The notes under the pieces: model-generated
Told to the model about the DNA's origin: nothing
The model's database searches: none
The model's input: only the letters and a program-made list of their open reading frames with translations
Made by a program: the position numbers and the translations under genes
Assembly: GCF_018350175.1 (NCBI RefSeq)
Contig: NC_058368.1
Coordinates: 85,624,001-85,688,000, forward strand
From: Felis catus
Lineage: Eukaryota
Direction of reading: 5' to 3'
Length of the DNA: 64,000 bases
In this document: positions 36,372 to 50,754 of the stretch, in pieces
How positions within the stretch are numbered: the first letter of the stretch is position 1
How the letters are laid out: each line of letters starts with the position of its first letter

Positions 36372-37400
36372 GGACCTCATGAAGATAAAAAGCTTCTGCA
36401 CTGCAAAGGAAAAAAAAATCAACAAAACTAAAAGGCAACCAACAGAATGGGAAAACATATTGGCAAATGACACATGGGACAAAGGGCTAGTATCTGAAAT
36501 CTATAAATAACTCACCAAACTCCACACCTGAAAAATAAGTAATCCAGTGAAGAAATGGTCAGAAGACATGAATAGACACTTCTCTAAAGAAGACATCCAG
36601 ATGGCCAACAAACACATGAAAAGATGCTCAATGTCACTCCTTATCAGGGAAATACAAATCAAAACTACATTCAGATACCACCTCATACCAGTCAGAGTGG
36701 CTAAAATGAACAAGTCAGGAGACTATAGATGCTGGAGAGGATGTGAAGTGGGAACCCTCTTGCACTGTTGGTGGGAATGCAAATTGGTGCAGCCACTCTG
36801 GAAAACCGTGTGGAGGTTCCTCAAAAAATTAAAAATAGATCTACCCTATGACCATCCAGCAATAGCACTGCTAGGAATTTACCCAAGGGATACAGGAGTG
36901 TTGATGAATAGGGGCACTTGTACCCCAATGTTTATAGCAGCACTTTCAACAATAGCCAAATGATGGAAAGAGCCTAAATGTTCACCAACTGACGCATGGA
37001 TAAAGAAGTTGTGGTTTATATGTACAATGGAATACTATTTGGCAATGAGAAAGAATGAAATCTGGCCATTTGTAGCAACGTGGATGGAACTGGAGATTGT
37101 TATGCTAAGTGAAATAAGTCATACAGAGAAAGGCAGATGCTGTATGTTTTCAGTCTTATGTGGATCCTGAGAAATTTAACAGAAGACCATGGGGGAGGGG
37201 AATGAGAAAATAAAAGTTAGAGAGGAAGGGAGGCAACCCATAAGAGACACTTAAAAACTGAGAATAAAATGAGGGTTGATGGGGGTTGGGAGGGAAGGGA
37301 AAGCAGGTGATGGGCAGTGAGGAGGGCACCTGTTGGGATGTGCATTGGGTGTCGTATGGAAACCAATTTGACAATACATTTAATATTAAAAAAATAAATA
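36372..37400 (+). mobile_element. 5'-truncated felid L1 3' end
   Basis: ORF2 C-terminus ([14 protein letters not shown]) and a 3' UTR closely resembling 26310-27330. Confidence 0.93.
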
Positions 37401-38640
37401 AATCACAGTGAAGGAATAAATCAATAGAAATAAAAGGCCACCTATGGAATTGGGGAAGTTTTTGCAAATTGACATCTGATAAAGAGTTAATGTCTAAATT
37501 ATATAAAGAACATATATAACTCAACACTGCAGAGGGGCGCCTGGGTGGTGCAGTCGGTTAAGCGTCCGACTTCAGCCAGGTCACGATCTTGCGGTCCGTG
37601 AGTTCGAGCCCCGCGTCGGGCTCTGGGCTGATGGCTCAGAGCCTGGAGCCTCTTTCCGATTCTGTGTCTCCCTCTCTCTCTGTCCCTCCCCCGTTCATGC
37701 TCTGTCTCTCTGTCCCAAAAATAAATAAACTTTGAAACTCAACACTGCAGAAATTAATATTCAGTTAAAAATCGCACAATATTGAAAAGTCATTTTTTTA
37801 AAGAAGACATACAGATGACCAACAGATACACAGAAAGATGCTCTACATCAGGGAAATCAGAGAAATACAAATCAAAACTACAATAAGATAACTCCTCACA
37901 CTAGTCAAAATGGTTATAATTAACAACACAGGAAACAACAGGTGTTGGTAAGGATGAGAAGAAAGGGGAATGCTCTTACACTCTGGTGGTTATGCCAATA
38001 GGACCAGCAACTTTGGAAAACAATTTGGGGTTCCTCAAAATGTTAAAAATAGAACTAACCTAAGATCCAGAATTTTTCACTATTAGATATTTACCCAGAG
38101 GTTATAAAAATATTTGAAGGTATATATGCACCTCAACGTTTGTAACATCATTAACAATAACCAAAAAATTGAATAAACCCAAATGTTTATCGATTTATCA
38201 ACTGATGGATAGACTAAGAAGATATGGCAATTATATATGTAATGGAATATTATTCAGCAATAAAAGCAAAGAAATCATGCCAGTTGTAATGACACGAATG
38301 GAGCTAAGATCAATATGCTAAGCAAAATAAGTCAGTGAATGAATGACAACATCATATGATTTCACTCATATTTGGAATTTAAGAAATAAAACACCAAATT
38401 GAGTGTGAGAGAGGTTGGAACAACAAGAAACAGACACTTACCTATTAAAAACATCTGATGGCTACCAGACTTGAGGTGACTAAGGAGATTAGGTTAAATA
38501 GTTGAAGGGGATTAAGGAGTAAACTATTTGTGATGATCACAGAATGTTGAATGTAACTGTTCAATCACTGAATTCCACTCCTGAAACTAAATTTACTCTG
38601 TATGTTAACTAAACGTGATTTAAATAAAACTTGGAAAGAA
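37400..38640 (+). mobile_element. Older L1 3' end
   Basis: Degenerate ORF2 C-terminus and 3' UTR ending in AATAAA. Confidence 0.75.
37534..37735 (+). mobile_element. Can-SINE (CpG-rich, probably young)
   Basis: TSD AACTCAACACTGCAGA at 37518-37533 and 37736-37751. Confidence 0.96.
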
Positions 38641-39294
38641 AAGTTTGCTTTAGCTATTCAAAGTTTTTTCGTGGCTCCATACAAATTTTAGGATTATTTT
38701 TTTTAGTTCTTTGTTAATGGTATTGCTACTTTGATTTGGATTACATTGAATTCCTAGACTGATATGTATTGTGGACACTTAACAACATTAATACTTCCAA
38801 TCCAAGAGCACTATGTACATATTTTCATTTATTTGTGTCTTCTTCAACTTCTTTCAACAATGCCTTACATTTCTCAGAGTACAAGTGTTTCATGTCCATG
38901 GTTAAATTTGTTTCTAGGTATTTTACACTTTTGATTCAATTTTAAATAATTGCTTTCTTAATTGTTCTTTCTGTCAGTTCATTATTAGTGCATGGAAATG
39001 AATTTGGATACCATGTTGTAAAAAGGTTTTGAGAATAGACATACTTGTCTTGTTTCTGATCTTAGAGGAAGAGATTTCGGCTTTTCACCATTAAGTGAGT
39101 TCTCAAATAAACAACTTAAGCTTACTGCCAAAGGAACTAGAGAAAGGAAAGGACAACCAAAAAAAATACTAGCAATAAAATAAATATTAGAGCAGAAATA
39201 AGTAAAAAGAGACAAAAATTGAAAATGTCAATGAAACCAAGAGCTGCTTTATGAGAAGTTAAAAAAATGGTAAATCGATTGCCAGCTCATTAAA

Positions 39295-40340
39295 TAAGAC
39301 ATCCAGATGGCTAGTAGACACATAAAAATGGTCAATATCACTTATCATCAGAGAAATATGTATCAAAATCAAAAGGAAATACCATATCACATCTTTCAGA
39401 ATGGCTAAAATTAACAACTCAGGATACAAGAGATTTTGGTGAGGACACAGAAAGGGGAGCACTTTTGCACTGCTGGTAGGAATGAAAACTGGTGCAGCCA
39501 CACTGGAAAATGGTATGGAAGTTCCTCAGAAAATTAAAAATAGAACTACCCTAAGACCCAACAATTGCACTAGTAGGTATTTATCCAAAGAATATAAAAA
39601 TGCTGATTCAAAGGGGCATATGCACCTCAATGTTTATAGCAGCACTATCAACAATAGCCAAAGTATGCAAAGAGTTCAAATGTCTATTAACAGATGAAAG
39701 GATAAACAAGACATGGCAGGAATATTACTCAGTGGTCAAAAAGAATGAAATCTTGTGGTGCCTGGGTGGCTTAGTCAGTTAAGCATCTGACATTGGCTCA
39801 GGTCATGATCTCACTGTTTGTGAGTTCAAGCCCTGTGTCAGGTTCTGTGCTGACAGCTCAGAGCATGGAGCTTGGTTCAGAATCTGTGTCTCTGTATCTC
39901 TCTACCCCTCCCCTGTTGGCTCACTCTCTCATAAATAAATAAAAAATACTTAAAAAAAAAACCCAAGAATTAAATCTTGCTATTTGCAACAACGTGGATG
40001 GAACTAGAGTGTATTATGCTAAGTGAAGTAAGTCATTGAAAGGAAGAAATATCATATGATTTTACTCATATGTGGAATTTAAGAAACAAAACATGAACAT
40101 GGAGAAGGGTTGGAAAAATAAGATAAAAACAAGAGGGAGACAAACCATGAAAGTCTTAAATATGGAGAACAAACTGAGGGTTCATTGCTGCATGGGTGTT
40201 GGGTAGGGGAATGGGCTAAATAGGGAATGGACTGGGTGTTCTATGCATTTGAGGAATCATTAAATTCCATTCCTGAAATCCTCATCGCATTATATATTAA
40301 CAAACTTGGATTTAAATAAAGATATAAATAGAAAAAGAAA
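39295..40340 (+). mobile_element. 5'-truncated L1 3' end
   Basis: ORF2 C-terminus ([14 protein letters not shown]) and 3' UTR with AATAAA. Confidence 0.8.
39757..39962 (+). mobile_element. Can-SINE
   Basis: TSD AAGAAT(G/T)AAATCTTG on both sides. Confidence 0.93.
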
Positions 40341-40624
40341 AGAAGGAGTGGACACAATAATAAAAATCAGAAAGAAAGGAGAAAAAATAAATGCAAAAGA
40401 TATACAAAGGATTATAAGACAATATTATTAAAATAATATGCCCCAAATTAGATAACCTAGAAAAAAAACAAATTGTTAGAAAAATACAATCTTCTAAAAC
40501 TCAATCAGGAAAAAAAAAAACAAAACGAAATTAAAACAAAACACTCCTTAACAATGAAATTGAATCAGTAATTAAGAACCTTTTAACAATCAAAAGTTCA
40601 GGGCTAAATTGTCTCATTTAATTT

Positions 40625-40832
40625 TCCTTTAATGTTTTTATTTATTTTTGAGACAGAGAGAGACAGAGCATCAGCAGGGGAGGGGCAGAGAGAGGCAGAC
40701 ACAGAATCCGAAGCAGGCTCCAGGCTCCGATCTGTCAGCACAGAGCCCGACGCGGGGCTCGAACTCACGGAGTGTGAGATCATGACCCGAGCCAAAGTCC
40801 GACGCTTAACCAACTGAGCCACCCAGGCGCCT
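40625..40832 (-). mobile_element. Can-SINE
   Basis: Typical CpG-rich body ending ...gagccacccaggcgcc. Confidence 0.93.
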
Positions 40833-42092
40833 CACGGGGAAGTTCTATGAAACATCTAAGGAAGCATTATTAACTTTTCCTCTCAAATTATTCCAAAACA
40901 ATCAGATAGGAAGGAAAACTACCAAATTTATTCCATGAGGTCTGCATTTCCCTGATACTAAAACCAAAGATATGACAAAAAGAAGAAAATTACAGGCTAA
41001 TATCACTGTTGAACATGCACGAATAACTGCAAAATAAACTATCAGCAAACTAAATTCAACAATACATTAAAAAAAGATAATCACTAACCGTGTTTAAGTA
41101 AGATATATTCCAGGAATGCAAGTGTGTTTCCCCATTCACAAATCAATCACTGTGATAAATGTCATTAATAAAAGAAAGGATAGAAATCATATGGTTATCT
41201 CAATAGAAGCATAAAAAATTGTCAAATTAAAATATTCCTCCCTGATTAAAAACTCTCAGTGAAGTAGGTTTAGAGAGAAAAAATGTCAAAATAATAATGG
41301 TGATATTAAATATTCAAACTGATATCATACACAATGGTGAAAAACTGAAAGCCTTTCCTCTAAGATCAAAAATAAGACAAGATATTCAGTCTCACCACAT
41401 TTATTCAGCATTGTACTAATGAAAGACCTAGCTGCCACAATTAGATTAAAAAAAAGGAAATAAAGAAAGAAAACAAAATAAAATTGGAAAAAAAAAACCC
41501 AAAAGACATTCAAATTGAAAATGACACAAATGGAAAAATATGCCATGCTCAATTTTTTGAAGAATTTACATCTTTAAAGTGTTTATCCTACCTAAAGCAA
41601 TCTACATGTTTTACCAATAACACCGTTTAAGAGAACTTGAACACATAATCCTAAAACTTGTGTGTAATCACACACATGCACACGCACACACGCACACACA
41701 CACAAACACACACACCTTAAAAACTAAAGAAATCTTGATGAAAAAGAAAAGTTGGTGGATTCACAATTGTATTTTAATGACAGTCCACAAACTGCAGTAA
41801 TCAAGGCAGTATAATACTGACACAAAAATAGACACATAGATCAATGGAATAGGATAAAGAGCACAGAATTAATTCCATATTTATGTAGTCAATCTATGAG
41901 AAAGGAGGCAGGAATACATCATGAAAAAACAAGACTTTTCAATAAATAGTGTTGAGAATACTGGAGAGATACATGCAAAAGAATGAAACTGGACAACTTT
42001 CTTTCACCATACACAAAAATACAATAAACTTTATATTGATTGAAGACCCAATTTTGATACCAGAGATCATAAATCTTTTAAAAATAAACAGA

Positions 42093-42350
42093 AGCAAGGA
42101 ATGCAAAAATAATATAAAAACAGGGAGGGGGACACAACATAAAATACTCTTAAATATGGGGAACAAACAGAGGGTTACTGGAGGGGTTCTGGGAGGGGGG
42201 ATGAGCTGAATAGGTAAGAGGAATTAAGAAATCTACTCCTGAAATCATTGTTGAACTAATGCTGACTAATTTTGATGTAAATTTAAAAAATAAAATAAAA
42301 ACATAAAAAATGAAAACACACACACATAGACACAAAATAAAAAATAAAAT
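42093..42350 (+). mobile_element. Very short L1 3' UTR insertion
   Basis: 3' UTR sequence and A-rich tail flanked by AAAATAAACAGA on both sides. Confidence 0.7.
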
Positions 42351-43789
42351 AAAAATAAACAGAGACAGTAATCTTGTGGACATTATCTTTAGCATCCTAT
42401 TTATAAATGGGTTGCCTCAGGCAAGGGAAACAAAAACAAAAATAAACTATTGGGACAGCACTAACATATGAAACTTTCAACAGAAAATGAAACCATCAAC
42501 AAAATCCAAAGAGAGAAGGTATTTGCAAATAATCTATCCAAGAAGAGCTTAATATCCAAATGTGTAAATAATTTATACAACACTAGTAAAACCAAAACAA
42601 TCTGATTAAAAAATGGGCAGAGGACCTGAGTAGACAGTTTCCCAAAAAAAACCAGATTGTCAACATACATGTGAAAATATGGTCAGCATCAGTAATCATA
42701 AACAAATTGCAAATCAAAAACACAATGTGATATCACCTTACACCTGTCAGAATGGCTAGTTTCAAAAAGACAAGAAATAACACATGATGACAAGGGTGTA
42801 GAGTGAAGGGAACCCTCATGCACTGTTAGTAGGAATGTAAATTGGTGGAACCATTGAAGATGAAGATTCTGCAAAAAATTAAAAATAGAAACACTATATG
42901 ATCCATAAATCAATTACTAGTATTTACCTCCCAAAATGAAAACAGTATTTTTTAAAAAATTTGTTTCAAGTCTTTATTTAAATTCCAGTTAGTTGAAATG
43001 CAGTGTAATATTGGTTTCAGGGGTAGAATTTAGTAATTCATCACTTATATACACCCATTGCTCACCAGTGCCCTCCTTAATACCCATCACTCAGTGAAAT
43101 GGTCTGCCTGCCCACCTCCTCTCCAGAAACCCTCAGTTTGTTCTCTGCTTAAGAGTCTTTTTTATGGTTTTCCCCACTCTTTCTCTCCATGTTCATTTGT
43201 TTTATTTCTTAAATTCCACGAGTGAAATCATATGGTATTTGTCTTTTGCTGACTTATTTTAGCTTGTGTAATGATCTCTAGCTACATCTGTGATTTTCCA
43301 AATGGTAAGATTTTGTTTTGTTTTATTGTTGGGTGATATTCCATTTTTTTTATATTTCACATCTTCATTACCTATTTATCAGTCAATGGGAATTTCAGCT
43401 CTTTGTGTAATCTGGTTATTGTAAATAATGTTTGTGTACACATCAGGTGCATGTTCCCCTTCAAATCAGTAATTTTGTATCCTTTGGGTAAATAGCTAGT
43501 AAGTTTTTGAGGAACTTCCATATTGCTTTCCAGAGTGGTTGCACCAGTTTGCATTCCCACCAAGTGTGTAAGAGGATTCCCCTTTTTCTGCATCCTTGCC
43601 AACATCTGTAGTTTCCTGTGTTGTTAACTTTAGCCATTCTGACTGGTGTGAGGTGATATCTCAATGCAGTTTTGAAATTTATTTCCCTCTTGATGAGTGA
43701 TGTTGACCATCTTTTTATGTGTGTATTAGCTTTCTATATGTGTGTTTGGAAAAAAATGTATATTCATGTTGTTTGTCCATTTATTTTAT

Positions 43790-44014
43790 TTTAATTTTGA
43801 TTTAAAAAATAATATTTTATTTATTTTTGAGACAGAGAGAGACAGAGCATGAGCAGGGGAGAGGCAGAGACAGAGGGAGACACAGAATCTGAAGCAGGCT
43901 CCAGGCTCTGAACTTTCATCACAGAGCCCAACGCAGGGCTTGAACCCACAAACCGTGAGACCATGACCTGAGCTCAAGTTGGATGCTTAATCAACTGAGC
44001 CACCCAGGCATCCC
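43790..44014 (-). mobile_element. Can-SINE
   Basis: TSD TTTGTCCATTT on both sides. Confidence 0.93.
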
Positions 44015-46314
44015 TCATTTGTCCATTTTTTAACTGAATTATTTGTTGTTGGTTATTGATTCTGATGTTATTTATCAATTTTGGATGCTAACCCTTTACT
44101 AGTTATGTTAGTGGAAAATATTTTCTCCCATTCCGAAGATTGTCTTTTAGTTTTGTTGATTGTTTCCTTCAGTGTACTGGAGATTTTATCTTGATCAACT
44201 TCCAACTGTTTGTTTGTGACTTTGTTCCTCCTGCCTTTGGAGAGAGATCTAGTAAGAAGTTGCTATGGACGATGTCAAAGAGGTTACTGCCTGTGCTCAC
44301 CTCTAGGATTTTAATTATTTCCTCTCTAACACTTATGTCTTTCATTCATTTTGAATTTACAAAGTGGTAAAGCAAAGTATAGCAAAGTGGTCCAGTTTCC
44401 TTCTTTTGTCTCTTGCTTTCCAGTTTTCCCAACACCATTTGTACAAGAGACTATATTTTTTGCATTGGATATTCTTTCCTGCTTTGTCAAAGATGAGTTG
44501 ATCATATAATTTTGGGTCCATTTCCAGTTTTTCTATATTTTCTATTGATCTATGTGTCTGTTTTTATTCCAGTACCATGGTATCTTGATCACTACAGCTT
44601 TGCAATGTAACTTGACATCTGGAATTGTGATGTCTCCAGCTTTTCTTTTCATTTTCAAGATTATATTTGCTATTCCAAGTCTTTTGTCATCCCCCAAAAT
44701 TTAGAAATGTTTGTTCCATCTCCCTGAAAAATGCTAGTGGCATTTTGATAGTATTTGCATTGCATGTGGCAATTGCTTTGGGTACTATACACATTTTGAC
44801 CATATATTTTTTTTTCAATTTATGAGCATGGAATGTTTTTCTATTTTTCAATGTGTCATCTTCAGGTTCTTTAATAAGTATTTTATAGTTTTCAGAGTGC
44901 AAATCTTTTGCCTCTTTGGTTAGTTCTACTCCTACATATATTTTGGTTTTTAGTGCAGTTGTAAATGGGATTGATTCCTTGATTTCTCTTTCTGTTGCTT
45001 CATCATTGGTGTATAGAAATGCAACCAAATTCTGTACATTCATTTTATATCCTGGGACTATGCCTCTTGTCCTAGACATTTGTTTGTTGGGAGATTTTTT
45101 ATTAACAATTCAATCACTTTGTTGGCCATTGCTCTGTTGAAGTTTACTATTTCTTTCTGTTTAAGTTTTCATCGTTTATATTTTTCTAGGAATTTATCCA
45201 TTTCTTTCAAATTGCCCAGTTTGTTGGCATATAATTTTTCATAGCATTCTAATTGTTTATTTTTCTGTAGTGTTGGTTGTGGTCTCTCCTCTTTTATTTG
45301 TGATTTCATTTAATGGGGTTCTTTCTCTGTATTTTTCATAAGTCTGGGTAGGAGTTTATCTTTTTTTTTTTTTTTACAATTTTTTCAACCACTCCTTTTT
45401 CCATTCATCTGACCTACTGTTTTTGTTGTTTCTCTATCATTTATTTCTCTTCTAATGCTTATTATTTCCCTTGTTCTGCTGGCTTTAGGCTTTTTTTTTT
45501 TCTTTTTCTACCTTCTTCAGGTGTAACATTAGTTTGCATATTTGAGATTTTTCTTGCTTCTTGAGGCAGACCTCTACTATTCTACACTTCTCCCTTATGT
45601 CTACTTTTGCTGCATACCACAGGCTTTGGACCACTGTGTTTTCATCATCATTAGTTTCCATTGCTTCTTTGATTTCCTGTTTGACCCATACATTTATTAG
45701 TGGGATGTCCGTTAACCTTCATGTATCTGTGGTATTTCCAACATTTTCTTGTAGTTAACTTCAAATTTCATAACGCTGGTCAGAAATTATGCATGTTCTG
45801 ATCTAAAACTTTTTGTACTTGTTGAAGCCTGATTTGTATGTGATTGTATGTGATTCATTCTGGAGAATGTCCCATGCATACTTTAAAACAATGCTTTTCT
45901 GCTGGTTTAGGATGAAATGTTCTGAATATATCTTTTAAGTCTATCTGATCCATTGTGTCATTCGTAGTCTTTGCTTCTTTGTTGATTTTCTGCTCGCATG
46001 ATCTGTCCATTGTTGTAAGTGGGGTATTAAATTCTCCTACTATTATTGTATTATCATTAATGAGTGCCTTTATGTTTGTTATTAATTGTTTTATATATTT
46101 AGGTTCCTCGATGTTGGGGGCATAAATATTTATTATTGTTAGATCTTCTTGTTGGATAATCTTCTTTATTATGATATAATGCTCTTCTTCATCTCATGTT
46201 ATAGTCTTTGGTTTAAAACGTATTATAACTGATATAAAAATTGCTACTCCAGCTTTCTTTTGACATCTATTGGCATGGTAAATATTTCTGTGTACCTTCA
46301 CTTTTTTTTCCTTC

Positions 46315-46528
46315 TTGTTTTTAAATGTTTTATGTTATTAGAGACAGAGACAGACAGATTGTGAGCAGAGAAGGAGCATAGAGAGAGGGAGACACAGAAT
46401 CCAAAGCAGGCTTCAGGCTCGCAGATATCATCACAAAGCCCGATGTGGAGCTTGAAACCACAAATATGAGAGCATAATCTGAGCCAAAATCGGACACTCA
46501 ACTGACTGAGCCACCCAGGCACTCCCCA
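46315..46528 (-). mobile_element. Can-SINE (diverged)
   Basis: Typical body ending gagccacccaggcactcccc. Confidence 0.9.
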
Positions 46529-46853
46529 CATCCCTTCACTTTCAATCTACTATTGTCATGAGATCTAAAATGAGTATCTAGTAGGCAGCATAAGTGTCTT
46601 TTTTAAAAAATACACTATTGACACACTATTTGTTTTGATTGGAAATAGCAGTTTATTTCAGAGTATTTTAATTGATAAACATGAATTATTTATAGTTATG
46701 AGCTTAGTGTTTATTTTGTCATTGTTTCTGGAGATTGTGCCTGTTCCTTTCTTGCGCTTTTCCCACTGGAGTAGTCCCCTTTGATAACTCTTCCAGGGCT
46801 GCTTTAGTGGACAAGAACTCCTTTAGTTTTTGTTGTTGTTGTTGTTGTTTTTC

Positions 46854-46884
<31 letters not shown>

Positions 46885-49360
46885 TTTTTGTCTGGCAAAA
46901 TCTTTATCTCTCCTTCTATTCTGAATGATAACCTTGCTGGATGGTGTAATATTGGCTGCAGATTTTTCCCATTCAGCACCTCAAATATATTATGGAATCC
47001 TTTTTGGCTTGCCAAGATTCTGTGGAAAGGACTGCTACTAACCTTATTCATCTTCCCTTGTGAATTAGGGACTTCTTTTGTCTTGCTGCTTTTTGTATTT
47101 TTTATCTCTCCATTTTGAATACTTAGATGTAATATGTCTTGGTATTCCCCTGTTTTGTTGATTTTGATGGGAGCTCTCTGTGTCTCCTGGATTTGGAAAT
47201 CTCTTTCCTTCACCAGATTCAGGAAGTCTTCATATATAATTTCCTTAAAGAAAACTTGCCCCCCTTTTCTTTCTCTTCTCCTGGGACTTCTATATACTGA
47301 TATTATTACATTTCATGGAATCACTGAGTTCCCTAAGTCTACTTTCATGATCTAAGATTTTTCATTCTCTTTTTTGATCAACTTCCTTATTTTCCATAAA
47401 TATATTGTCTATGTCACTTATTCATTCCTCTGTTTCTTCCATTCTTGTAGCATTGAATCCCATCAGGTTTGAATGGTGGTTATTGCGCTTTTCATTTCAG
47501 ACTGATTCGTTTTAAGCAATTTTATCTCTGGGATAATGGAATCCCTGGTGTCTTGTATGCTTTTCTCAAGCATAGGTAGTATTCTTATAATTGTTGCTTG
47601 ATTTTCTGAATCAGGCATGTTACTCATATCTGTTTCAGGTAGATTATTGCCCATGACCTTTCCGTGTTCTTTTTTTGGGATGAATTGCTCTGTCTTGGTA
47701 ATTTGTCTAAGTCTGTCTTCTTCTGTGTTTGGTAAGCTTGTTATGTTTCTTTCTCCTGAGTGTAATGGATTTATGAAGAACAGTTCATATTATATCCAGA
47801 GACTTGTGCTTCAGGATATGTCTGTAGTGTGTGCTGCAGACACTCTCTTGCTATGTTATGGATGCTGTATCCTTTAGAAGAGTCCACTCGAGTTTCTCCT
47901 TGCCTCCTATGGGGAGTGTATGGGCCATGGCCAGAGAGTAGTGAATTTTAAATAGGCTGTGCTCCAGTCTGCTTGTTAATAAAGACCTGATTCTATTCCT
48001 AGTATACTTGAAGCTTTGCAGAAGTCTATGATTGGCAGAGGTTATGCATGTGTCTTCTGAGGAGGAGGCCTGCTGTGCAAGTCCTTTGGTATACTTGCCG
48101 GAGAAAAGCAGTATCAGCAGAGTGCAGGGCAGCTGGTTGGGTGTAAAGAACTGACACAGCCAGTGTTAGCTCTGTGCTGTTTACTGAAGTTAGCTTATGC
48201 TGATGTACAGGGGAGGGGGGAAATTACACCTACAGTTCCTTTGTCCCACAGGCCGGGCAGTTTGTGCTCACTGCTCTCAGGGAAGCCCTCACAGAAGAGC
48301 AGATAATTTCTCTTTTTGTGTCACAGGGGTTTTTCAGATTGTTGCTCTTACTCTGTCTGTGCCTGATTTTCGTGCCTGCCTTGAGAAGCATAGTGTACTT
48401 TGTGTTCTATTCCAGACAAGCTCCTGAATTTTAAAGTTCAAACAGTATGGTGGTGGGGACAAGTGCTGGAATTCTAGGGGAGGGTCTCACTGCACTAAGG
48501 TTGATGCAGATTTGACCCAGAAGGGTGGTCTCAACAGATTGCAGGTATGTGGGTTTGGAGCAAAGTGCACTGAAGAGTCGGTGTCCAGGTTAACCGCCTT
48601 CAGAATTTTTCTCTGAGTCTGGGCTGAGGGGTGGGGGAGGGAAATGGCACCCAAAGGCTCTTTTGTCCCTGAGTACACAATGCCATTTTGTTCAGATGCA
48701 CTCCAAAAAGGGTTAATAACTGTGTCCCCAAGTATGTTTCAGGTGATATGCAGATTATGCCATCTGCCTCTGAGTTACCTGCCTGCTTTCTCCACAGGAG
48801 CACTGCAATGCCCCCAGGATTCTAAACTAGCCAGGCCAGAGACATTTAAAACTCCAACTTTTGCATCCTGCTGGTTACATACTCATCAAAATCAGCCTCT
48901 TATTTTCCCAGTCAATGGCTTTGGAGATGTTTTTTGTATGTGATTCCCTGTGCACTCCTCTCTCTACCCTGTCTCCACAAACTGGGTGGTTTCTGTTCCA
49001 AAACACCAGTGATTGGTTTCTCTCCAAAGCACCTCTCTACACCACATACCTACTGCGTTGTGGCCTCTTCTGTCCCTCTAGTATGGCAGTTTGTTCTGTC
49101 AGTCCTCAGATCGATATGTTGGCTATTCAAAATGATTTGATATTTATCTAGCTGTGTTTAAGGAACATGACAAGCTTAGGGTCCTCCTAATACTTGACCA
49201 TCTCAGCTCTTTCCCTTAAAATACTAATTCTAAGAGATATATACAGCTCTACATTTATTGCAGAATTAATATGATAACCAAGATATGGAGGCAAATCAAG
49301 TGCTAATTGAAAAATAAAATAAAAAATGTGAAATATATATAAATATATAATGTTACTTAT

Positions 49361-49575
49361 ATTTTTAATAACACTTTAAATATTTATTTTTTCAGAGACA
49401 GAGAGAGACAGAGTGCAAGTGGGTGAGGGGCAGAGAGAGATGGAGACAGAATGTGAAGCAAGCTCCGGGCTCTGAGCTGTCAGCACAGAGCCTTTAGAGG
49501 GACTCAAACCCACAAACAGAGATCATGACCTAAAGTGAAATCAAATGTTTAACCAACTGAGTCACCCAGGCACCC
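49361..49575 (-). mobile_element. Can-SINE
   Basis: TSD TATAATGTTACTTAT at 49346-49360 and 49576-49590. Confidence 0.93.
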
Positions 49576-50754
49576 TATAATGTTACTTATCTTTAAGAAA
49601 TAAGATCCTGCCATTTTCCTGAACATGCATGTTTCTAGAGGGTATTATGATAAGTGAAATAGGTCAGACAGACCTACACCATATGATTTCACTTATATGT
49701 GGAATCCAAAGAACAAACAAGCAAAAACAGTGAATCAAACAAAAGGTGAACTCTTAAATACAGAGAACATATTGTTGTTGCTAGAGAAGAGGTGGTTGTG
49801 AAGATGGACAGAATAAAGGGGGTTAAGAATTCAAACTTCTACTTCTACTAAGATAAGTAAGCCAAAGATGAAAAGTACAACATAAAGAATACAGTCAGTA
49901 ATACTGTAATAGTGTATGTGACAGATGGTGATTACATTATTTGTGGTGAACATTGAGTAATGTATAGAATGGTCAAATAAATGTGCTGCATATCTGAACA
50001 AATTAAACTGTGTATGTTAGCTTTGATTAAAAAAAATACATTACAAAACCCCAGAATTTGCTTTCTAATCTTGAAAGATTTCTCCAGAGAAGTCACTGAA
50101 ATTTTTTCTGTGTCTAGAAAGTGATACTAGCCCAAGACTACTGTGTGTAAGAGTAAGCCCATAATTCACACTTCAAAATTTCTGCAACAGGGCACTACTT
50201 GTTGTTTCCACTCTCTGACTTCCCCAAAGTTGCATTATCTTTTAAGCTCCAAGTGCCCTGTCTCCCAAAGAACCCTAGACTCATTATGCTAGGCAATGTC
50301 CTAGGGATAGGAGCAAGAATAAAGGTCAATATCTAAATCTTAAAGCATTGCATTCATTGTACCTAAGTGCAGGTAGTGCATCTATCCCAGTCTAAAGCAT
50401 CCAAGGGAGTAAAATTTGAGTTTTCAAAAGGGCTCTGGTCTTTCTTAATGATTTAATATTTTTTAGTACTTACTAATTGTTTTTGCATACATATCGTGAT
50501 TTCTTAAAGCAGAAGAATACTACTTACCTTCGAAAGAAGTCTTGGTCTACTCTTTGATATCTTACCTTTTTCTTAAATTACAATAGCAAAGGATAAATGA
50601 CATTAAGTTCCATGCAGCCTGGGAGCTGCATGTCTTTTTCCTCCATTTGATCTGTTTCTTGTGCATTTAATCCAACAAGTAATCATAAATAAAACCTAAA
50701 TTCTAATCTTTAATGGTTCTTAATATTTTTGTAAATCATCAAGTACATTTTTAT

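Larger units (their letters stand above)
42950..49217 (-). mobile_element. Near-full-length older carnivore L1 with an internal RT deletion
   Basis: Order on the minus strand is 5' UTR (47800-49217), ORF1 (KNLQPILHHPARLSFRIEGEIK), ORF2 remnants, then 3' UTR at ~42950. Confidence 0.85.
39100..50040 (+). mobile_element. Degenerate L1 ORF2 to 3' UTR, split by nested L1s and SINEs
   Basis: Colinear ORF2 remnants at about 39100-39290, 40340-42950 and 49218-50040. Confidence 0.65.
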
